Both the position numbers and the translations under genes were made by a program. This document shows, piece after piece, positions 23,991 through 30,652 of a stretch of 30,652 bases of DNA (within the stretch, counting starts at the first letter, position 1; each line of letters begins with the position of its first letter). Source of the stretch: Pyrinomonadaceae bacterium (GTDB taxonomy: Bacteria; Acidobacteriota; Blastocatellia; Pyrinomonadales; Pyrinomonadaceae); assembly GCA_035462935.1 (NCBI GenBank), contig DATHTS010000296.1:1-30652 (forward strand), given 5' to 3'. The notes below the pieces were generated by a model that was given only the letters and a program-made list of their open reading frames with translations, was not told the origin of the DNA and ran no database searches.

Positions 23991-25694
23991 ATGCTAAAAG
24001 CCCCCGTCAAGTGTCTTTTATTGACTTTATGCGTTATCGGTCTTTTATTTGCCGACGTTTCCGCTCAAGCGAAAAAGCCCATTAGTAAGAAGGCGGAAAA
24101 GACGGCGAAAGATGCCAAGAAAGAAAGCAAAACAGCCAAAGATAATAAGTCAGCCGCCAAAGATAGTAAATCCGCCAAGGATAATAAATCTGCTAAAGAC
24201 AGCAAGTCTGCCAAAGATAATAAATCTGCTAAAAACAGCAAAGAAACCGCAAAAGACAAAAACGCCAAAGACAAGAAAGATACCAAACAAAAACCTGCCA
24301 CTGCCAAACAGACCGAGCTGAACCGAAAGGAAGCCGAAAAGCGCAAAGCCGAAGAAGCCAAGCGACGCGAAGCCGAGGAAGAACGTCGGCAGGCGATTTT
24401 GGCTGAGCAGCGACGGCGTGAGCAAGCGCGCCGCGAAGCCGAAGCTAAAAGACTCGCTTTTGAACGCTCGCTTCGCACCGAAACGGTAGAAAATATTGTC
24501 GGCGATAAAACCGAGGGCGAAGATTTACAGATTCGCCGCGCCGCGGTCGAGGCTCTGGGAAACCGCGCGGGAACGGTCGTCGTGATGGAAGCGCAGACCG
24601 GAAAAGTTTTGACTGTCGTTAATCAGGATTGGGGAATCCGTAAAGGCTTTAAGCCGTGTTCGACTATTAAATTAGTAACAGGCGTTGCGGGCGTAAACGA
24701 AGAATTGATTGATGAGGAGGGAAATCTTAGAAAACAGTCTTTTAAAATGAATCTGGATGACGCGCTCGCTTATTCCAACAACAGCTATTTTCAGAAAGTC
24801 GGGACGAATCTCGGCAGCGGCAAGATGATTTCTTATGCGAAGGCTTTAGGTTTAGGCGAGCAGACGGGGATCAATGCCGAGGGTGAAACGGACGGAAAAC
24901 TGCCTTACGGTAATGAAAACGCGCGTATTTATTCGCACGGCGACGATTTTGAAGTAACTCCGCTGCAGCTTGCCGTGATGGTGTCCGCGATTACAAACGG
25001 CGGAAAATTGGTTGTGCCGCAAACGCCGCGCAATGCTTTTGAAAAAACGAATTTTCGCGGAGCGATGCGCCGTGAAGTAAATCTGCCGAAGAAAACTTTG
25101 CAAGGCGTAATGGCTGGAATGCTTGGCGCGTCGGAATACGGAACGGCGAGACGCGCCGCAAATCCGGGTTTGACCATTGCCGGGAAAACCGGCTCGTGCA
25201 TCGGGCAGGGAACCTGGGTCGGGCTTTTCGCTTCGGTCGCGCCTGCCGTCAATCCGAAATACGCGGTGGTTGTAATCACCCGCGGGCAGTCGGAGCGCGG
25301 AAAATTTGCCGCCGCCATCGCCGGAAAAATTTATCAGTCGCTGCGACCGCGTTTTGAAGAAAAGAAAGGCGAGATGATTGCCGCAGTGCCGCTTGAGATC
25401 AAGCCGAACCGCAAAATCAACGCTCAGACTTCCGTTAAACTCGATGAGGGTGAGGGCGAGGATTCCGACGACGGCGACGCTTTGAAATCAAAACCCGCCG
25501 CGAAAAAAGGCGAAACGCGCAAAACGGAACAAAATCCAACTCCGAAAACAGAGAATCGGAAAGAAAATGCTTCACCGCTTTTCTCGCCCGTGATAATTGA
25601 TTACAAAAGAGACGTGCCCGACGAGGTCGAAAGCCAAAAGGAAAAGCCCGCGGAAGTTAAACCGCAAATTACGCGCCCGCGCGTGGTGAATTAA
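23991..25694 (+). CDS. Exported penicillin-binding/transpeptidase-domain protein with low-complexity N-terminus
   Basis: Signal peptide (..VSAQ), SxxK (CSTIK), SxN (YSNN), KTG (GKTGS), VTPLQLA. Lys/Ala/Asp repeats and a charged coiled coil precede the catalytic domain. Confidence 0.88.
   Translation: MLKAPVKCLLLTLCVIGLLFADVSAQAKKPISKKAEKTAKDAKKESKTAKDNKSAAKDSKSAKDNKSAKDSKSAKDNKSAKNSKETAKDKNAKDKKDTKQKPATAKQTELNRKEAEKRKAEEAKRREAEEERRQAILAEQRRREQARREAEAKRLAFERSLRTETVENIVGDKTEGEDLQIRRAAVEALGNRAGTVVVMEAQTGKVLTVVNQDWGIRKGFKPCSTIKLVTGVAGVNEELIDEEGNLRKQSFKMNLDDALAYSNNSYFQKVGTNLGSGKMISYAKALGLGEQTGINAEGETDGKLPYGNENARIYSHGDDFEVTPLQLAVMVSAITNGGKLVVPQTPRNAFEKTNFRGAMRREVNLPKKTLQGVMAGMLGASEYGTARRAANPGLTIAGKTGSCIGQGTWVGLFASVAPAVNPKYAVVVITRGQSERGKFAAAIAGKIYQSLRPRFEEKKGEMIAAVPLEIKPNRKINAQTSVKLDEGEGEDSDDGDALKSKPAAKKGETRKTEQNPTPKTENRKENASPLFSPVIIDYKRDVPDEVESQKEKPAEVKPQITRPRVVN
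24135..24245 (+). repeat. Coding 18-bp tandem repeat (AKD[N/S]KS hexapeptide, about 6 copies)
   Basis: GCCAAAGATAATAAGTCA / GCCAAAGATAGTAAATCC / GCCAAGGATAATAAATCT / GCTAAAGACAGCAAGTCT / GCCAAAGATAATAAATCT / GCTAAAAACAGCAAAGAA, with one extra GCC after the first unit. Confidence 0.85.
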
Positions 25695-25725
25695 TCGAAT
25701 TTATTAAAAAAAATCTAGTTTCTTT

Positions 25726-25753
25726 AAAAAGCGGTGAAATTTCACCGCTTTTT
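25726..25753. terminator. Perfect 28-bp palindrome, intrinsic terminator
   Basis: AAAAAGCGGTGAAATTTCACCGCTTTTT lies 31 nt after the PBP-like gene stop. Confidence 0.8.
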
Positions 25754-25969
25754 TGCTTGACACGCGCTGAAAACTTGCGTGATTATCTATATTTCTGCGA
25801 AACTTGCATTTAAGTAGAATTATGAATCGAAACAGAGTCTTGCCGCCAAGAAAGTCTTGCAACTTTTTTCTGGCTCGAAACATCTGAATTTTCGCAAAAG
25901 GCGGAAACTTTGATTAATCAGTTTCTTATTTTGAGATAACAGTTATATACGCTTGGAGGAAATAAACGA

Positions 25970-27235
25970 ATGAAGAAATTTTTTAGAGTTTTGGTGCTTG
26001 GTATCCTAACGGTCGCGTTTGCCGCCGCTGCAATTGTGCCGACTTTCGCTCAAAGTCCGGCAGAGGAAAAACGCAAACTTTACGATACCTATATTGAAAA
26101 TTATCAAGGTAATGAGGCGCAGCAGAAAGTTGCTCTACAGGCGGCGAAGGACTATGTTGCAAAATTCGGTGCCAACCCGGAAGATAAAGAACAGGTTGAC
26201 TACTTTAAAGAAGCCATTGCCACGATTGAAGAGGGATTGAGGAAAGCTAAAGCGGCGGCTGACGCTGCAGCTGCAGCTAAAGCAGAACGAGCAAGGGTTG
26301 ATGCTCTTTACAAACGATTTGACACAGCTACTCAAAAAGAAGTAGCCGCTGACGCTTATGCCGCGGGTAAAGAAATTCTAGCTTCCGAACCGGAATTCCT
26401 TGATGTCTATATCGTTCTGGCGACAATGGGCTATGACGAAGCCGTTAAGCAAAACGATACCTACAACCCGCAGGCAATAGATTATGCGAAAAGAGCCATT
26501 CAATTAATCGAAGCAGGTAAACCGTCGGTTTCCAAAGCTTACGGCGCGTATGGTTATTCTTACAAAACAAAAGAATTTACGACTGAAGCGCAAGCGAAAA
26601 GTAATGCGCTCGGCTGGTTGAACTACAATATCGGCTACATTATGTTCTACCGCCAGAAAAATAGAAAAGACGCGCTGCCGTATATTTATAAAGCGACGCA
26701 GTTTGATTCGGGCGTTAAGAAATTTTCCGACCCTTACCGGATGATTGGCGAATATTATTTTGATGAAGTCGCCCGTATTGATAAAGAACGCCAAGAAAAA
26801 ATTAAAGCCAATAATAATGAAGACAATGAAGAAACTCTGCGTCTTCTGGCTGTGGAAAAAGGAAATGCCGACCGCGCGATTGACGCATACGCCAGAGCAT
26901 ACGCGCTTTCTAAAGATAACCCAGCCGCGACAAAAGAATATAAGGATATTCTCTATGCGCGTTTGAAAAGCCTTTACACCTTCCGTCACAACAACACAGA
27001 TGGAATGGATTCATTAGTTGCTTCGGTAATGAACAGACCGATGCCGAATCCGACCACGGAAGTTACGCCGGTGGTTGAAGAAAAAACGACTAACACAAGC
27101 GCAACAACGTCAACGACGACTTCGACAACAACTCCAAGCACGAAGCCTGCGTCAACGGCGACTACGACGCCGGTTAATTCCAGCACCAAAACTTCAACTA
27201 CTACCACAACCCCGAAAAAACCGCGCAAACGGTAA
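25970..27235 (+). CDS. Exported helical (TPR-like) hypothetical protein with Thr-rich tail
   Basis: GGAGG upstream, signal peptide ending TFAQ, TPR-like helices (AIDYAKRAIQLIE; AIDAYARAYAL), C-terminal T/S/P-rich tract ending KKPRKR. Confidence 0.85.
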   Translation: MKKFFRVLVLGILTVAFAAAAIVPTFAQSPAEEKRKLYDTYIENYQGNEAQQKVALQAAKDYVAKFGANPEDKEQVDYFKEAIATIEEGLRKAKAAADAAAAAKAERARVDALYKRFDTATQKEVAADAYAAGKEILASEPEFLDVYIVLATMGYDEAVKQNDTYNPQAIDYAKRAIQLIEAGKPSVSKAYGAYGYSYKTKEFTTEAQAKSNALGWLNYNIGYIMFYRQKNRKDALPYIYKATQFDSGVKKFSDPYRMIGEYYFDEVARIDKERQEKIKANNNEDNEETLRLLAVEKGNADRAIDAYARAYALSKDNPAATKEYKDILYARLKSLYTFRHNNTDGMDSLVASVMNRPMPNPTTEVTPVVEEKTTNTSATTSTTTSTTTPSTKPASTATTTPVNSSTKTSTTTTTPKKPRKR

Positions 27236-27265
27236 CTTTTCGCCGGTAGTCTTTTGAACAAACCT

Positions 27266-27307
27266 GAAAGTCGGACGTAAAATAAAAAGCGTCCGGCTTT
27301 CTTTTTT
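27266..27307 (+). terminator. Intrinsic terminator
   Basis: GAAAGTCGGACG/CGTCCGGCTTTC stem (one G-T pair) followed by TTTTTT. Confidence 0.65.
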
Positions 27308-27335
27308 GAATGGATTTTTTATAAGATTAACGGTA

Positions 27336-28064
27336 ATGTCGCGCAGTCTTGCTCAACTCGAACAAGTTATTGGCTATAAATTCGCTAATCTCGCTTTACT
27401 TGAACGCGCCGTTACGCATCGTTCCTGGGCTTACGAACAACTGCCGGTAGGCGACGAAACGGCAATTCGTGACCTGCATAACGAATCGCTGGAATTTGTC
27501 GGCGACGCTGTGCTTGGTTTGGTAGTCGCCGAGCATCTTTTTATAAAAAACCCGGAGATGAGCGAGGGCAATTTGACGTTGATGAAACACCATTTGGTCA
27601 GCACGGGAACGCTGGCGCAAGTGGCGCAAAATTTGAAATTAGGCGAATTTATGCGTGTCGGGCGCGGCGAGGAAAAAACCGGCGGAAGGCGCAAGCAGGC
27701 TCTTTTGGCAGACACGCTGGAAGCCGTTATCGGCGCGGTTTTTTTTGACAGCGGTTATGTCGCGGCTCGCGCTTTTATCGCCCGCGCTTTTGTCGAAGAA
27801 CTTCGCGCCGCTTCGCCGACGACTTCGATTGATTACAAAACCTTGCTGCAAGAAACTCTGCAAGCCGAAAGACGCATCGCGCCGGTTTATCAAGTAGTCG
27901 AAACGGAAGGACCGCCGCACGACCGGACATTTTTCGTTGAAGCGGTTTGGGACGGCGGCAGAGTTCGCGGAAAGGGAAGCTCGATAAAATCCGCCGAAAT
28001 GCAGGCGGCGAGCTTAGCCCTAAAAGTGCTGGAAGAAGAGCAGGATTTAAACGAGGATTTATAA
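27336..28064 (+). CDS. rnc: Ribonuclease III
   Basis: AVTHRS, NESLEFVGDAVL, ADTLEAVIGA, dsRBD DYKTLLQE...GPPHDRTF...AEMQAA. Likely start is ATG 27336. Confidence 0.95.
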   Translation: MSRSLAQLEQVIGYKFANLALLERAVTHRSWAYEQLPVGDETAIRDLHNESLEFVGDAVLGLVVAEHLFIKNPEMSEGNLTLMKHHLVSTGTLAQVAQNLKLGEFMRVGRGEEKTGGRRKQALLADTLEAVIGAVFFDSGYVAARAFIARAFVEELRAASPTTSIDYKTLLQETLQAERRIAPVYQVVETEGPPHDRTFFVEAVWDGGRVRGKGSSIKSAEMQAASLALKVLEEEQDLNEDL

Positions 28065-28085
28065 ATTGAAATTTTTGACGAATAT

Positions 28086-28892
28086 ATGAGTAAAAACGAA
28101 AAGGAAATTAAAAAAGAATCAAAACCCATCGCCCCGCCGAAATCAACCGCGCGTGAATATTTTGAATCGTTTGTCGTAACGCTGATAATGGCGATTTTCG
28201 GGATGACGTTTATCGTCCAAGCCGTAACAGTCCCGACCGGCTCGATGCAGAACACGATTCTGATCGGCGATTATCTGCTGGTCAATAAATTTATCTACGC
28301 GCCCGGCGGCAATCCCGTTCCGCTCCTGCCGCAGCGCGAAATAAGACGCGGCGACATTATCGTTTTTAAATATCCCGGCTTTCCCGACAATAAAGCGAAA
28401 GTTGAAGACGACGGCGGCATTCCGTATCAAATCAATTTCGTCAAGCGCGTGGTCGGATTACCGGGCGACAAAATCGAAATCCGCGACAATCAGGTTTTTG
28501 TCAATGATCAACTTTTGCCCGAACACCGCGTTATCGGGGATGCCGCGACGAGGGACGCGGCTCTGACGACCAAAGAGTTTGAAGAACGTCAAACCGGTCA
28601 AAGTTACGATGTTTATTATTCGCAGCGGTCAATCACCAGATCAGGACAGCGCGATTACCCGTTTGCCGGTGAAGGAGAACCTTATACTGTGCCGGAAGAC
28701 AGCTATTTTGTTTTAGGCGACAGCCGCGATCAGAGTTTGGACAGCCGCTATTGGAGCGTCGTTCCGCGCAGCTTGATAATCGGGCGGGCGATGCTCGTCT
28801 ATTGGTCGTGCGACCGCGCCGGCTCAAACGGCAGCTTCTTCGGCTGTCTGACGCATCCGCGCCTTGAGCGAATCGGAAAAATGATTAAGTAA
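28086..28892 (+). CDS. lepB: Signal peptidase I
   Basis: N-terminal TM, VPTGSMQNT (Ser), FVKRVVGLPGD (Lys), YFVLGDSRDQSLDSRYW. Confidence 0.95.
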   Translation: MSKNEKEIKKESKPIAPPKSTAREYFESFVVTLIMAIFGMTFIVQAVTVPTGSMQNTILIGDYLLVNKFIYAPGGNPVPLLPQREIRRGDIIVFKYPGFPDNKAKVEDDGGIPYQINFVKRVVGLPGDKIEIRDNQVFVNDQLLPEHRVIGDAATRDAALTTKEFEERQTGQSYDVYYSQRSITRSGQRDYPFAGEGEPYTVPEDSYFVLGDSRDQSLDSRYWSVVPRSLIIGRAMLVYWSCDRAGSNGSFFGCLTHPRLERIGKMIK

Positions 28893-28957
28893 AAGTTAAA
28901 GGGCAAAAGTAAAAGGGCAAAAGGAAAAAATAAAAAATTTCTTTTGCCTTTTAACTT
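28891..28957. repeat. Palindromic element with heptamer-periodic arms
   Basis: Units AAAAGTT-AAAGGGC-AAAAGTA-AAAGGGC-AAAAGGA. AAGTTAAAGGGCAAAAG (28893-28909) versus CTTTTGCCTTTTAACTT (28941-28957), 1 mismatch. Confidence 0.65.
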
Positions 28958-28985
28958 GGAAATCTTTTAGCTAATTTTACATTTA

Positions 28986-29879
28986 ATGAATCTTAAGTTT
29001 AACGAAGAAGTTTCCGCCGCTTTGCAAAACAAAAAGGCGATTGTCGCGCTGGAATCCACCGTCATCGCTCACGGATTGCCTTATCCGCAAAATGTTGAAA
29101 CCGCGCGAGATTTGGAAAATATCGTCCGCGAAAACGGCGCGACTCCGGCGACGATTGCCGTTTTTGGAGGGGAATTCTGCATCGGGTTAAGCGAAGATCA
29201 AATCGAACGGCTTGCCGCCGGTAAATCCATCCGTAAAATTTCCCGCCGCGATTTGCCGATTGCCGCTGCCAAAAAGCTAAACTGTGCGACCACCGTTGCG
29301 ACAACTTCGTTTATCGCGCACCGGGCTGGAATAAAAGTTTTTGCAACGGGCGGAATCGGCGGCGTTCATCGCGGATTTTCAGCGGATGTTTCGGCGGATT
29401 TGCCCGAATTGGCTCAAACGCCGATTGTCGTCGTCTGTTCGGGCGCGAAAATCGTTCTGGATTTACCGGCGACGAGAGAATGGCTCGAAACAAACGGAAT
29501 AACCGTTCTCGGCTGGCAGTGCGATGAAATGCCCGCATTTTATTCAAGAAAAAGCGGTTTGCCGGTTGATGAACGGGTTGAAACGCCGGAAGAAGCCGCG
29601 CAAATCGTTCGGGCGCGTGACGAATTAAATCTAAAAAACGCGGTCCTTCTGACAGTTCCCGTTCCCGAAGAATTTGAAATTGAAGCCGCAGAACTTGAAA
29701 CAATTTTAGCTAAATCGCTCGAATCAGCCGAAAACCAAAACATCAAGGGAAAAGAAATCACGCCTTTCCTGCTCGCGCAAATGGCGGAAAAAAGCGCGGG
29801 GAAAACTCTGCGGGCAAACATTTCTTTATTAAAAAACAACGCGAAGATTGCGGCACAAGTCGCTTCGCAGCTAATTTAG
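28986..29879 (+). CDS. psuG: Pseudouridine-5'-phosphate glycosidase
   Basis: VALESTVIAHGLPYPQN, ATTVATT, VFATGGIGGVHRG, DVSADL, SGAKIVLD, GKEITPFLL. Confidence 0.95.
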   Translation: MNLKFNEEVSAALQNKKAIVALESTVIAHGLPYPQNVETARDLENIVRENGATPATIAVFGGEFCIGLSEDQIERLAAGKSIRKISRRDLPIAAAKKLNCATTVATTSFIAHRAGIKVFATGGIGGVHRGFSADVSADLPELAQTPIVVVCSGAKIVLDLPATREWLETNGITVLGWQCDEMPAFYSRKSGLPVDERVETPEEAAQIVRARDELNLKNAVLLTVPVPEEFEIEAAELETILAKSLESAENQNIKGKEITPFLLAQMAEKSAGKTLRANISLLKNNAKIAAQVASQLI

Positions 29880-29935
29880 CCGCGAAAATTCACAAAAGAC
29901 TCAAAAAAGTTTTGTAAGCCTCTTGTCTTTTTCAG

Positions 29936-30652
29936 CTATTTTGCCTGAGCCTTGCCCATTTTCTCTTTCAGCGCGTCAAGCCGTTTTTGCGCTTCTGCAA
30001 ATTCCCCGGATTTCGGAAATTTTTCGACAATCTCCCGCCAACTCGCTCCGTCATAATGAAAATTTTTCGTGTCAGGATTAAACAAAAAGACTATGCCGAG
30101 CTTCCGGTAACGGTCAAGGCTGACAAAATTCAAATAAAAGCTGTGCAGCGGAGCGCCGGAAGCCGCCATTTCTCGCCGATCAAGCCGTCGCGTGGCATCA
30201 CGCGATAATCTGACGGCGGTCTCCTCAGCCAAATCCCCGAAAAGCAGCAAAATTGCCGGGCGAAGCGATGAGTTCGGGTAAATTTCAAGAAATTTTACGG
30301 CAATCTCTATCTGGTCGAATCCGTTTGAAGCCTGAATGAGCTTTGCCATCCGCTCATCGTCGCCGCGGCGAAAATTCCCGAAAACCGCTTCCGACTGAAC
30401 CCACCCGTAATTATTCGGCGGAGCGGAAACGCGGTAAAATGTAACGCCGTCGGCTTGTCTGGTTTCAAGGATTTGAACCTTCCTTCCGCGCTGCATTCTT
30501 TGAATTGACGGGGCGAAAAGGCTTGGTTTAAGGCGCAAAACGGATAAAAGCTCGTCAATGACAATAGCCGTATTTCCCGTTTCCGCCGGTTTTTGGCTGG
30601 CGGGTGTGGTTCTTGATTTTAGAGCAACACGGCGTTTCTGAGCTTCGAGATT
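29936..30652 (-). CDS. Hypothetical protein with SH3b-like domain and helical C-terminus (5' end outside window)
   Basis: The frame is open from base 30652 (NLEAQKRRVALKSRTTPASQKPAETGNTAIVIDELLSVLRLKPS...). SH3b-like segment ends YRVSAPPNNYGWVQSEAV. Confidence 0.75.
   Translation of the reverse strand, partial: NLEAQKRRVALKSRTTPASQKPAETGNTAIVIDELLSVLRLKPSLFAPSIQRMQRGRKVQILETRQADGVTFYRVSAPPNNYGWVQSEAVFGNFRRGDDERMAKLIQASNGFDQIEIAVKFLEIYPNSSLRPAILLLFGDLAEETAVRLSRDATRRLDRREMAASGAPLHSFYLNFVSLDRYRKLGIVFLFNPDTKNFHYDGASWREIVEKFPKSGEFAEAQKRLDALKEKMGKAQAK

Noticed and set aside
24065-24478. Minus-strand 137-aa ORF with LADLLS repeats
   Set aside because: It is the antisense read of the AKD(N/S)KS coding repeat in the PBP-like gene.
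27336-28064. RNase III signature ESLEFVGD instead of ERLEFLGD
   Set aside because: The acidic metal ligands (E..D in the signature, D..E in ADTLEA) are retained, so this is ordinary variation.

Overview
This looks like chromosomal sequence from a probable Acidobacteriota (Blastocatellia/Pyrinomonadaceae-like) genome; the taxon is inferred from gene repertoire and repeat style only. I saw no rRNA, tRNA, CRISPR array, transposase or integrase. About 35 CDS are supported: a TPR protein C-terminus, Tat amidase, tlyA, an arsenic operon (arsR divergent from arsI, a PLP trans-sulfuration enzyme, an aquaglyceroporin and arsC), an IscA/HesB-family protein, a DinG-family helicase, a DUF5678-like/retropepsin pair, AraC, GNAT, lipoproteins, a PPDK-like protein, a GT1 glycosyltransferase, a NtrC-type two-component system, a PBP-like transpeptidase, rnc, lepB and psuG. 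Three candidates stand out. (1) An AT-rich two-gene cassette sits between the sensor kinase and its response regulator. It encodes an exported, internally duplicated protein ending in a 9-Cys fulvocin C-like peptide, frameshifted at an A9 run just after its ATG, plus a membrane-anchored TlpA-type CxxC oxidoreductase. (2) A cystathionine/methionine gamma-lyase-family enzyme is tightly embedded in the ars operon directly after the C-As lyase arsI. (3) A signal-peptide-bearing dikinase-like protein has its phospho-His swivel domain before the ATP-grasp domain and lacks a pyruvate-binding barrel. Several intergenic palindromic elements (REP-like pairs and hairpins with 7- or 10-bp periodic arms) are also present.
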